This document shows, piece by piece, positions 7,077 to 15,379 of a stretch of DNA of 37,748 nucleotides. Position 1 is the first letter of the stretch. Each line of letters opens with the position of its first letter. The position numbers and the translations under genes are program-made. The notes below the pieces were generated by a model. That model saw only the letters and a list, made by a program, of their open reading frames with translations. It had not been told where the DNA came from and did no database searches. Source of the stretch: a virus. Lineage: Duplodnaviria; Caudoviricetes. Where the stretch lies: positions 1 through 37,748 of the IMG/VR virus record IMGVR_UViG_3300048856_000112; one strand, written 5' to 3'.

Positions 7077-7157
7077 GCTTAGCGTGACTGATCAGAAGGT
7101 TAGCAGCACTTAGCATTTCACTTGCCGCTTTCTGCTAAGTGATGCTAAGCACTTAGC
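7077..7157. promoter_or_regulatory. Rightward operators (OR-like) and pR/pRM region
   Basis: GCTTAGCGTGACTGATC (7077-7093), GGTTAGCAGCACTTAGC (7098-7114), GCTAAGTGATGCTAAGC (7134-7150) and an overlapping GCTAAGCACTTAGC palindrome (7144-7157); TTGCCG -35-like hexamer at 7122. Confidence 0.78.
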
Positions 7158-7158
7158 C

Positions 7159-7371
7159 ATGGAAGGCATGGAACTCATCCGCTCCCAGCGTGGCCTGATG
7201 GCCAGTATCGCCAGGGGCCTCGGGATCACCCGGGCTGCGGTTGCGACCTGGAAGCGGGTCCCGGCGGAGCGAGTGGCTGAGGTGTCGCGCCTCACCGGCC
7301 TGCCGATGGGCGCGCTGCGGCCGGACATGTTCGGGCCGCCGGCAGTGCCAGGCGAGCGGGAGGCAGCATGA
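7159..7371 (+). CDS. cro: Cro/YdaS-like HTH regulator
   Basis: IARGLGITRAAVATWKRVPAERVAEVSRLTGLPMGALRPDMF carries the YdaS/Cro 'LRPD' signature; divergent from cI. Confidence 0.9.
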   Translation: MEGMELIRSQRGLMASIARGLGITRAAVATWKRVPAERVAEVSRLTGLPMGALRPDMFGPPAVPGEREAA

Positions 7372-7616
7372 TGCTGCTCTCCATTCCTTCCAGCATCGTC
7401 ATGGCAGCCCTCCTTCCTCCCGCTGCCATGATGCGCGGGCGGCAGCGCCCCTCTGCTGCCGCCCGCCTGATGCCTGCCGACTTGATGGATGTGTGTCTTC
7501 GTCATGCCTCTACGCTGACATGGAGATCTGCCGCGATGCTGGCACGGTGCGCCGCGTGTCTGGCTGATTGCGCCGCGATCTTGGCACGCTGTGCCAAGGC
7601 CGGCCGCGATGAATGA
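7368..7616 (+). CDS. Hypothetical protein
   Basis: ATGA overlap with cro and GGGAGG RBS; stop overlaps the next start. The sequence itself is not recognisable. Confidence 0.4.
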   Translation: MMLLSIPSSIVMAALLPPAAMMRGRQRPSAAARLMPADLMDVCLRHASTLTWRSAAMLARCAACLADCAAILARCAKAGRDE

Positions 7617-7989
7617 CATCCTAATGGGCGAGATGCGCGGCTACATCAGCGCCATCATCGAGCCCCACCGGCCGCGCGGAATGAAATCCGCCTGGTCCAT
7701 TGCGGCGCGCATGATCGGGGTCACGCCCCGCCGCGTGCGCGCCATCCTCAACGGCGAGGCGCTGCGCATCAGCGCCGCCGAGTTCATCCGCGCACAACAG
7801 GTACACGCCGAACAGCTCCAGCAGCGCGCTGCCGTGCTTCGGGCGGAGCTGGAGAGGATCGAGCGGAAGCAAGGGAAAATCCATGCCGTGGTTGTGGCGA
7901 CTGATGCTGGGCACGGTGCTGATCTGGATCGGCACCCCTATTTTCCAGCTCGGAGAGAAGATCGTCAGCATCGGCCGGCGGCTGATTGA
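7609..7989 (+). CDS. CII-position HTH protein with coiled coil
   Basis: WSIAARMIGVTPRRVRAILNGEA HTH followed by a coiled coil; position downstream of cro. Confidence 0.7.
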   Translation: MNDILMGEMRGYISAIIEPHRPRGMKSAWSIAARMIGVTPRRVRAILNGEALRISAAEFIRAQQVHAEQLQQRAAVLRAELERIERKQGKIHAVVVATDAGHGADLDRHPYFPARREDRQHRPAAD

Positions 7990-8026
7990 CCAGGCGTCGA
8001 ATCTGCTGGGAGGCGAGGGGCGGTGA
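7883..8026 (+). CDS. 47-aa membrane microprotein (MPWLWRLMLGTVLIWIGTPIFQLGEKIVSIGRRLIDQASNLLGGEGR)
   Basis: Read by hand; AAGGGA upstream of the ATG; hydrophobic N-terminus followed by an amphipathic helix; overlaps the 3' end of the CII-like gene in another frame. Confidence 0.5.
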   Translation: MPWLWRLMLGTVLIWIGTPIFQLGEKIVSIGRRLIDQASNLLGGEGR

Positions 8027-8044
8027 CGCCTCCGTCCTGCGTGC

Positions 8045-8722
8045 ATGATCGATGATCCCGCGAAGCTCTTCCGGCGTGCGCAGCGGCTCATGCCGCCTGA
8101 AGCCTGGGCCATGCTCTTCGGGCGTGGCCAGTGGCTCTTTCGTGACGCATTCGGGATGCTGCCGGTCGCCAAGGCTGGCGACGGCTATTGGCAGCCGCGC
8201 GATTGGCGCAGCGCCAAGCCGGCAGACTTTCGCCTCGTGATGGCGATCCGCTGCGGCGATGCATTTGAGGGTGAGGCGGCGCCCGCCTGGGTGGAGCGCG
8301 ACCCGGACACGTGGCAGCTCACCGAGACAAGCCGCCTGCAGCTGCTCGGCATGCGCGCGCTCAAAGGACCGGACATCATTGATTTGGTCTGCTGGCCCGA
8401 TCGGGCGTTGCAGCGGACGCCGCTGCGCCTGACTGGCATGGCTCGTGCCATTGGCGGGGCCATTGATGACATCGCCTGGAGTGACCGCGCCGAAGAGGAG
8501 GTGCTGGTTGTGCGCGATTTCCACCGCTGGGTGGCTCGCTGTCTGGAAGGCGCCTGCCTGCCGCTGGGCTCGCCTGAGGAGCAGGCTGCCCTGCTCCGCT
8601 CCTTTCGTGGCGGCATCCGGACTGAGGATGTCGCCCATGGCGTCGCGCTGGACAAGCTGATGCGCCGTCCGGTGCCAGAGACGCCTCGGATCAACGTTGA
8701 AGTCCCCGGGGAGGCCGCGTGA
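8045..8722 (+). CDS. Replication-module hypothetical protein (possibly primase-associated)
   Basis: Coding-like composition (IIDLVCWP, VLVVRDFHRWV); GTGA overlap with the P-loop NTPase gene. Confidence 0.75.
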   Translation: MIDDPAKLFRRAQRLMPPEAWAMLFGRGQWLFRDAFGMLPVAKAGDGYWQPRDWRSAKPADFRLVMAIRCGDAFEGEAAPAWVERDPDTWQLTETSRLQLLGMRALKGPDIIDLVCWPDRALQRTPLRLTGMARAIGGAIDDIAWSDRAEEEVLVVRDFHRWVARCLEGACLPLGSPEEQAALLRSFRGGIRTEDVAHGVALDKLMRRPVPETPRINVEVPGEAA

Positions 8723-10473
8723 TGGGCCAGCCGAACGTGGTTTCGCTGAGTGATGCCGTGCGCGACGAGAAGCGCAAGCGTCGTGGCGATGGTGGTGGTG
8801 GCTCCTATCCTCCGGATGAGCCGCCGCCGGAGCAATTCGGCGACGATTCCTGCCCGATCACGCCGCTGGGCATGTTGGCCGGGCATTACTGGTTCTTTGA
8901 CAAGAATGGTGAATTGCGCAGCTTCAACGCGCAGCAGATCAGCCAGGCGCCGCAGATCGTCAGCCTGTTCGGCGGGGACACCCGCTGGCCAACGGGGCGC
9001 TTCCCGCAGCTGGACCGCGAAGGCAATCCGACCAACTGGTTCAGCGCCCGCCTGGTGGGGCGCTGGCTGGTGGAGCAGTCCAGCCGGGCCGGCTTGTTCC
9101 AATCCGACATGCCGCGCCGTGGCATCGGCGTGTGGGCTGCCGAGGGGCAGGTGGCGCTGCACATGGGCGACTATGTTCGCTGGCTCTCGGACCCGCAGCA
9201 TGATCAGCGTGCCGGCTTTGCGGCGCATGGCGCCTTGTGGCCTCGCGCACCCCGCACGCCTCGCCCGGGCGAGCCCGCGTCGGCCGAGGAGGCGCAGTCG
9301 CTGGAGGCGGCGTTCCAGCGCTGGAACTGGGAACGGCCGGGCGAGGCGGGCGTGTTCCTGGGCCTATGGGCCGCTGGGCTACTCGGCGCCGCCATCCGCT
9401 GGCGCCCGCATGGCCTGGTGGTTGGCGGGCCGGGCACCGGCAAGACAACCCTGCTGGAGCTGTATGCCTCCGTCTCGCCGCTCGCCTTCTCATCCAATGA
9501 CTTCACCGAGGCCGGCATCCGGCAGACCATCAGCGGCCGGGCTGCGCCGCTGATCCTGGATGAAGCTGAGGGCGACATCGAGGGCATGGCGAAGATGCAG
9601 CGCGTCATCGAGCTGCTGCGCCGCGCCTCCGGCGGCGAGGGCGCCCGCACCGCGCGTGGCAGTGCCGGCGGCCAGGCGCAGCAGTTCCTGGTGATGTCGC
9701 CGGCCATCCTGGGCGCGGTGTTGCCGCCGGCGCTGCTGCCTGCGGACGCCAGCCGCATCACCCGTGTGGATCTGCGCGTGAAGCCGGAGAATGGCCCCGG
9801 CCTGCCAGATGAGGCCGAGCTGGCCCGTCTGCGCGCTCTGGCGCCGCAGCTTTGGTCCCGCGCCCTGAACGGGCTGCCCCGTTTCCGCGCCAATCTGACG
9901 GCGCTGCGGGCCGAGTTGCTGGGCAGGGGATGCGTGCCCCGCCTGGCCGACCAGGTGGGCACCATCCTGGCGGCGCGGGAGATGATGCTCAGCGATGAGG
10001 CGCTGTCGGATGGTGCTGCGCACGACCTGGCGGATGACTTCCGCTGGCTGGTCCAGACGGAGGAGGAGCAGCGCGAGGATGGCGGGCCGCAAGCCGCGCT
10101 CAACCACATCCTGCAAAGCACCGCGGACATCACCTGGGGCGGCGAGCATCCGACCTTCGGCCGACTGATCCGGCAGGCCTTGGCCGACACCGAAACCAGC
10201 AGACAGGCCAATGAAGCATTGCAGGAGCATGGGCTGATGGTGGCCAAGTACCCGAAGCGTGGCGACGGCCCGCTGCGGCTCTACGTCGCCGACAAGCATC
10301 CGCGTCTGGCCAAGGTCTTCGTCGGCACCCAGTGGGCGGGCGGGCGATGGAAGGACGACCTGCGGCGATTGCCCGGCGCCGAGCAGCCGCCAGACCCTCA
10401 ATGGATCGGGCCTGCCAAACCGCGTTGCGTCGTGCTGCCGAACGAGCTACTGCCGCAGGAGCCAAAGCCATGA
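8719..10473 (+). CDS. Phage replication P-loop NTPase (primase/helicase-like, DUF927/SF3 type)
   Basis: Walker A GGPGTGKTT, Walker B LILDEAE, downstream ADASR arginine-finger-like motif; immediately followed by iteron repeats. Confidence 0.82.
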   Translation: MMGQPNVVSLSDAVRDEKRKRRGDGGGGSYPPDEPPPEQFGDDSCPITPLGMLAGHYWFFDKNGELRSFNAQQISQAPQIVSLFGGDTRWPTGRFPQLDREGNPTNWFSARLVGRWLVEQSSRAGLFQSDMPRRGIGVWAAEGQVALHMGDYVRWLSDPQHDQRAGFAAHGALWPRAPRTPRPGEPASAEEAQSLEAAFQRWNWERPGEAGVFLGLWAAGLLGAAIRWRPHGLVVGGPGTGKTTLLELYASVSPLAFSSNDFTEAGIRQTISGRAAPLILDEAEGDIEGMAKMQRVIELLRRASGGEGARTARGSAGGQAQQFLVMSPAILGAVLPPALLPADASRITRVDLRVKPENGPGLPDEAELARLRALAPQLWSRALNGLPRFRANLTALRAELLGRGCVPRLADQVGTILAAREMMLSDEALSDGAAHDLADDFRWLVQTEEEQREDGGPQAALNHILQSTADITWGGEHPTFGRLIRQALADTETSRQANEALQEHGLMVAKYPKRGDGPLRLYVADKHPRLAKVFVGTQWAGGRWKDDLRRLPGAEQPPDPQWIGPAKPRCVVLPNELLPQEPKP

Positions 10474-10492
10474 CGGCCCCGTGGCCCCATCC

Positions 10493-10714
10493 GGGACAGC
10501 ATTCGTCCCGTTTGTCCCATGGGTTGTCCCGTCCTAACCCATTGAAAAACAAGCAATGGGACAAATGGGACAAATGGGACAGCCAAACACAGCAATACAT
10601 GTGTGTGTGTGCGCGCGACGCATGTGGCGTCTTTGCGTGTCCCATTTGTCCCATTGTCCCATTCCTTTCTTTTCAGAGGGTTAAGACGGGACAACTCGCG
10701 GGACAAACGGGACA
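10493..10714. repeat. Long imperfect inverted repeat built from GGGACA/TGTCCC iterons; candidate replication origin
   Basis: 12 GGGACA/TGTCCC copies. Arm 10505-10581 is nearly the reverse complement of arm 10638-10713, and the spacer contains an alternating purine-pyrimidine tract. Confidence 0.85.
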
Positions 10715-10729
10715 TCTGGAGGCCGGCGC

Positions 10730-11311
10730 ATGGCACTGAACCTGCTGATCAACGGTCGTGTCCTGGTGCAACAGGCCAACCAGCTCGGCCCCTTCTCGAC
10801 GCCTGACAATGTGGCGGCAGCTTTGGGGGCGCGTAGCCGCGCCGAGCGGGATACAGCCCGGGCAGGCCAGCCGGGGAGGCCGGCTCGGCTGCTGGGCCGC
10901 GATGTGGTGCTGGACCTGTTCGAGGACGGCAAGCTGGGTGCGGCACAGGCGCGGGCAGGGCTGGAGGCCCGCCTGGTGTATGAGGCGGTCACCAGCGCGG
11001 TGGCGGCCCGTATCACCCGCTATGGCGCAACCGGGTGCGATGGCCTCTCCAATGCGGACTGGCCGCCCTCGCTGAAGGCCGCAGCAGAGCGTTACTCGGC
11101 CTGGGCGGACTGGGCGAAGACCTGCGCTATCACCCCGCGCTTTACGCTGGTGGAGCTGGTGCAGGATGTGGCGATTGATGGGCTCGGCATGTCGCAGGTC
11201 ACGGCTCGGCGCGGCATCCACCATGTCACCGCGCTCCGCTGGGTGCAGAAAGGCCTCTACCGGTATGCCGTCATGGCCGGCTGGATCGAGGGCCTGGAGA
11301 ATGTCGCTTGA
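10730..11311 (+). CDS. Late-gene activator/antiterminator candidate (DUF6456/GafA-like)
   Basis: VLDLFEDGKLGAAQARAGLEARLVYE and a C-terminal HTH (DVAIDGLGMSQVTARRGI...LRWVQKGLYRYA); occupies the Q position between replication and packaging genes. Confidence 0.65.
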   Translation: MALNLLINGRVLVQQANQLGPFSTPDNVAAALGARSRAERDTARAGQPGRPARLLGRDVVLDLFEDGKLGAAQARAGLEARLVYEAVTSAVAARITRYGATGCDGLSNADWPPSLKAAAERYSAWADWAKTCAITPRFTLVELVQDVAIDGLGMSQVTARRGIHHVTALRWVQKGLYRYAVMAGWIEGLENVA

Positions 11312-11355
11312 CCCCTGTGCGGTTTGACGCATAGAAATCACCATTCTCGCGAAAT

Positions 11356-11394
11356 GCGCCCGGACGGCTCCGCCGATCCGGGCGCTTTGCGTTT
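11356..11394 (+). terminator. Intrinsic terminator in the late leader (tR'-like)
   Basis: Stem GCGCCCGGA-CGGC..GCCG-A-TCCGGGCGC then TTTGCGTTT; TTGACC (11308) and TTGACG (11324) -35-like hexamers upstream. Confidence 0.6.
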
Positions 11395-11407
11395 CAGGAG
11401 TCCGCTC

Positions 11408-11749
11408 ATGCCACGGGACGTGCCGACACATCGGCCCTCATGGCTGCCGAAGCGGTCCTCGGCTCAGGAGTACGACAGGGCGCGCGGCTCCGCCCGGCAG
11501 CGTGGTTACGATGCCGAGTGGGAAAAGCTGCGGCGGCAGGTGCTGGCGGAGCGGCCGGTGTGCGAAGCGCCGGGCTGCGGGTCAACGGACCGGCTGAACG
11601 TCGATCACATCCAGTCGCTGCGTGAGGCGCCTCACCGCCGGTTGGACCGGAGCAACCTCCGCGTCCTCTGCCACCCCTGCCACTCCGCCCGGACCGCCCG
11701 CGACCAGGGATTCGGCCGGGCGAAGCGGCACCCCCGAGGGGGGGTCTGA
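11408..11749 (+). CDS. HNH endonuclease (HK97 gp74-like terminase cofactor)
   Basis: RGSARQRGYDAEW, CEAPGC, VDHI...SNLRVLCHPCHS; AGGAG RBS; directly upstream of terS. Confidence 0.93.
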   Translation: MPRDVPTHRPSWLPKRSSAQEYDRARGSARQRGYDAEWEKLRRQVLAERPVCEAPGCGSTDRLNVDHIQSLREAPHRRLDRSNLRVLCHPCHSARTARDQGFGRAKRHPRGGV

Positions 11750-11830
11750 TCTCTGGCCGGGTCCGGGGTCCGGACCGTGTTGGGGGCACGCGTGCAATCC
11801 CGCGATATTCCCAGAACTTTTTTTGGTGGA
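11730..11830. other. Probable cos/packaging region
   Basis: Positional inference from HNH-cos-TerS organisation in HK97-like phages; G/C runs, short palindromes (GGTCCGGACC, GCACGCGTGC) and a T-tract. The exact cut site cannot be determined. Confidence 0.45.
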
Positions 11831-11855
11831 GGCAGGGCTAAGGCCCTGGAAACAC

Positions 11856-12416
11856 ATGGGCCGCCGTCCCGATCCCGCCGCCCTGCAGGAAGCGAAGGGC
11901 AATCCCGGCAAGCGCCGGAAATCGCCCGAGCTGCCGAACCTGCCGGCCGGCTCGATCCCGGCTCCCTCGCGGCTGAACTCTGACGGGCTGAGGGTGTGGG
12001 AGCAGATCGCGCCTGAGCTGCAGCGCATGAACTTCCTACGCGGCACCGACGCCAATGCTTTCGCGCGCTACTGCGACGCGGTGGTGCGGTTCTGGCGGAT
12101 CACGGAGAAGCTGCGCGACGAGGGCGAAACCTACACATCCAAGTCGGCACACGGTGAGCTGCAGCGCATCAACCCGTTGTTCGTGATCGAGGAGCGGCTG
12201 GCGAAGCGGCTGGAGAGCCTGGAGGATCGCTTCGGGCTCAACCCCGCCGCCCGCCAGCAGATCATGCTGCGCCTCGCCCAGCACCAGCCGCAGTTGCCCT
12301 TTGGCCCGGCCAAGAGTGCGGAGGGCGAGGCGGAGACACCCTCTCAACCCCCAGGCGCGGACCCGTTATCGGCCTCGCCCATCGGCCTGTTGAATCCGCC
12401 CGCTCGGCTGAACTGA
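11856..12416 (+). CDS. terS: Terminase small subunit, P27 family
   Basis: MGRRPDPAAL..KGNPGKR, WEQIAPEL, FARYC, INPL, RFGLNPAAR motifs. Confidence 0.93.
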   Translation: MGRRPDPAALQEAKGNPGKRRKSPELPNLPAGSIPAPSRLNSDGLRVWEQIAPELQRMNFLRGTDANAFARYCDAVVRFWRITEKLRDEGETYTSKSAHGELQRINPLFVIEERLAKRLESLEDRFGLNPAARQQIMLRLAQHQPQLPFGPAKSAEGEAETPSQPPGADPLSASPIGLLNPPARLN

Positions 12417-12423
12417 GGAACCC

Positions 12424-14052
12424 ATGACTGAAGCGCTCCCCGTGCCGCCGATGCCGCGCGGCGGGGAGCAGTTCGGCGCATGGTGGGACGAGGCGGCGGC
12501 CCAGGCGGCCTGTGACGCCTTTCCAGCGCTGATGCGCCACACGGAAGCTGAGTGGGCCGGACGGCCTTTCCACCTGCAGCCTTGGCAGCGGGACCGCATC
12601 GTGCGGCCGATCTTCGGCTGGAAGCGGGCGGATGGCTCCAGGCTGATCCGCAAGGTGTGGATCGAGGTTCCGCGCAAGAACGGCAAGACGGAGCTGGCGG
12701 CGGGCCTTTCGATCCTGATGCTGCTGGGTGACGCCGAGTTTGGCGGCCAGGTCTACTCCATGGCCGTTGACAAGGCGCAGGCCAAGATCGTCTTCGAGAA
12801 AGCCGGCGTCATGGTCAGCTTCTCGGAGGTTCTGCGGAAGAACATTGAGGTGCTGAAGACCTCGCTGTTCTGCCCCGAGCTGAACGCTAGCTTCAAGCCG
12901 CTGGCCGGCGGCGGCTCCGGCTCCAAGCATGGTTTCAGCCCGTCCGGGGCCATCGGGGACGAGGTCCACGAATGGATCAGCGGCGAGGTTGCTGACGTGG
13001 TCCACAAGGGCACCGCTGCCCGCCGCCAGCCGCTGGAGGTGTATATCACGACGGCCGGGGTGGCGGGTGAGGGCTATGCCTGGGAAGAGCACGAGCTGGC
13101 CATCGCCATCGAGAAGGGCGAGGTGATCGATCCGACCCAACTGGTGGTGATCTTCGCCGCGCCGGAAGACGCCGACTGGAAATCGGAGGACACCTGGCGC
13201 TCCGCCAACCCGAATTACGGGATCTCGGTGAAGCCGGATTACATGCGCGGCGAGGCCTTGAAGGCCGCGCGAAGCCCGCGCGCCGAGAACGACTTCAAGC
13301 GCTTCCACCTGAATATGTGGACGGAGCAGGCCACACGCTGGCTGCCCATGGACAGCTGGAAGCGTTGCACGGCCGAGCCCGGCAACCCGGATCTCTGGCG
13401 CTACCTCTTCGAGCGGATGCGCGGCAAGCGCTGCTACGGTGGGCTGGATCTGTCCATCAGTCGCGACCTGACGGCGCTGAGCTGGGTCTTCCCGCCGCAG
13501 TCGGGGGTGGAGCGCTGGACCTTCCTGTGGCGCTTCTGGCTGCCGCGCGACACGGTGAAGGACCAGCCGCTGCGACGGCGGGCGCGCTACGAGGCCTTTG
13601 AGGCAGAGGGCGCGCTGACGCTGACCAGCGGCAACGTGGTGGATTACGCCTTCATCGAGAAGGCCGTGAAGCAGGACGCCGAAGCCTTCCAGGTCGAGTG
13701 GCTTGGCTTCGATCGATACAACGCCACGCAGCTGTCAATCGATCTGCGCGACAAGCACGGCGTGAATGTCGAGAAGTTCGGCCAGGGCTTCGCCTCCATG
13801 AACGCACCCAGCCGGGAGTTCGAGCGCCTGGTGGTGGGTGAGCTGATGGAGCACGGCAACCACCCGGTGGCGCACTGGATGGCGCAGAACGTCGCGATCG
13901 AGGGGCCGGACGCCGCCGGCAACATCAAGCCGACGAAGAAGGGCAGGGGCGACGCGGCGCCGAAAATTGACGGCATCGTGGCCGCCATCATGGGCGTCGG
14001 CGGCTCCATGAGCGCCGAGGTCGCGCAAGAGTTCGAATATACGGGGATGTGA
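12424..14052 (+). CDS. terL: Terminase large subunit (Terminase_1)
   Basis: LQPWQ, Walker A VPRKNGKT, Walker B IGDEVHE, ITTAG, nuclease GGLDLS..RDLTA and KIDGIVA. Confidence 0.97.
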   Translation: MTEALPVPPMPRGGEQFGAWWDEAAAQAACDAFPALMRHTEAEWAGRPFHLQPWQRDRIVRPIFGWKRADGSRLIRKVWIEVPRKNGKTELAAGLSILMLLGDAEFGGQVYSMAVDKAQAKIVFEKAGVMVSFSEVLRKNIEVLKTSLFCPELNASFKPLAGGGSGSKHGFSPSGAIGDEVHEWISGEVADVVHKGTAARRQPLEVYITTAGVAGEGYAWEEHELAIAIEKGEVIDPTQLVVIFAAPEDADWKSEDTWRSANPNYGISVKPDYMRGEALKAARSPRAENDFKRFHLNMWTEQATRWLPMDSWKRCTAEPGNPDLWRYLFERMRGKRCYGGLDLSISRDLTALSWVFPPQSGVERWTFLWRFWLPRDTVKDQPLRRRARYEAFEAEGALTLTSGNVVDYAFIEKAVKQDAEAFQVEWLGFDRYNATQLSIDLRDKHGVNVEKFGQGFASMNAPSREFERLVVGELMEHGNHPVAHWMAQNVAIEGPDAAGNIKPTKKGRGDAAPKIDGIVAAIMGVGGSMSAEVAQEFEYTGM

Positions 14053-14053
14053 G

Positions 14054-15376
14054 ATGGGCCTTCTGCAGCGTCTGGCGGCGCCGTTCAGCGGCGGCGCGTC
14101 CGCGCCTGCGCCCGCGCGGGCGGAGCCCACGCTGGCCCCACGTCCCTCCAGTCCGGCACCGGCCGAGGCGGCGGCCAAGGAAAGCGGGGTTCATCACCCG
14201 GAACAGTGGCTGCTCGGCTCCTACGGCCGCGCCTCCAGCGCCGGTCGCCGCGTCTCCGAAAACGATGTGCTGACCCTGCCAGCCGTGCTGCAGGCCTTGC
14301 GTGTGCTCTGCGGCGTCTTCGCCATGACGCCGTTGCATTACTACCGCGAGACGGAGAACGGGCGGGAGCGGGCCAAGGATGATCCGCTCTACGGCCTCTT
14401 CGCCAGCAACCCGAACCAGGCGCAGACCGCCTTCGGCTTCAAGGAACTCCTGTTGGGCGATGTGCTGCTGGCCGGCCGCTTCGCCGCCTGGACATCGCGC
14501 GATCGCCTGCAGACGCCCACGGCGCTGACCCGGCTAGATCCACAGCAGGTGCAGCCGGCGGAGTTCTTCAGCCGGGAAGAGGGCGTGTCGCTGTTCTTCG
14601 ACGCGACGCTGCCAGATGGCACCCGCGAGCGCTTCGCTCCACGTGATGTCTGGCACGTCGCGGGCATGGGGCGCGGTCTGACTGGCCTCAATCCCGTCTC
14701 CTACATGCGGGACGCGCTGGGCTCAGCAATCGCCACGGGCGAGTATACCGGCCGCTTCTGGGCCAATGATGCCAAGCCAAACGTGGTGCTGACTTCGGAG
14801 CAGAAGATCCCGCGCGAGAGCAAGCATGAGATCCGGCGGGACTGGAATGATCTGCATCGCGGCGCCGGCAAGGCGCACAGCACGGCGGTGCTCGACCAGG
14901 GCCTGGCGCCCAAGTTCCTCAGCCACGACAACCAGGCCAGTCAGTTCCTCGAAACCCGCACCTTCCAGGTGCTGGAGGTGGCGCGGATCTGGGGTGTGCC
15001 GCCGCATCTGCTGTTTGAGTTGAGCCGGGCGACCTTCGGCAACATCGAGCAGCAGAGCCTGGAGTTCGTCATCTACCACCTGGGGCCGCATTACGAGCGA
15101 GTGGCCCAGGCGGCCACCAAGTCCTTCGCCCGGCCCGGCCACTACTATGAGTTCCTGCCGGACGCGCTGGTGAAGGGCGACCTGAAGAGCCGCATGGAGG
15201 CCTACTGGCTGCAGCGCCAGATGGGCCTGGCCAATGCCGACGAGCTGCGCGATCGCGAGAACCAGAACCGCGTCGGTGGTCGTGCCGGCCAGGAATACTG
15301 GCGGCCCGCCAACATGCACATCAGCGGGACCGATCCGGTGGTGTCCAACGCGCCGCGCCCCAACCCGGAGAACTGA
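14054..15376 (+). CDS. HK97-family portal protein
   Basis: PNQAQTAFGF, GLNPV, QFLETRTFQVLEVARIWGVPPHLL, ATFGNIEQQ. Confidence 0.96.
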   Translation: MGLLQRLAAPFSGGASAPAPARAEPTLAPRPSSPAPAEAAAKESGVHHPEQWLLGSYGRASSAGRRVSENDVLTLPAVLQALRVLCGVFAMTPLHYYRETENGRERAKDDPLYGLFASNPNQAQTAFGFKELLLGDVLLAGRFAAWTSRDRLQTPTALTRLDPQQVQPAEFFSREEGVSLFFDATLPDGTRERFAPRDVWHVAGMGRGLTGLNPVSYMRDALGSAIATGEYTGRFWANDAKPNVVLTSEQKIPRESKHEIRRDWNDLHRGAGKAHSTAVLDQGLAPKFLSHDNQASQFLETRTFQVLEVARIWGVPPHLLFELSRATFGNIEQQSLEFVIYHLGPHYERVAQAATKSFARPGHYYEFLPDALVKGDLKSRMEAYWLQRQMGLANADELRDRENQNRVGGRAGQEYWRPANMHISGTDPVVSNAPRPNPEN

Positions 15377-15379
15377 CCC

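Noticed and set aside
10493-10714. Possible CRISPR array or MITE
   Set aside because: Repeat units are 6-9 bp without unique spacers; there are no cas genes, no transposase and no target-site duplication seen.
10332-10739. ORFs with WDKWDKWD or VPFVPFVP repeats
   Set aside because: These are translations of the GGGACA iterons on either strand. The DNA symmetry explains them better than a protein does.
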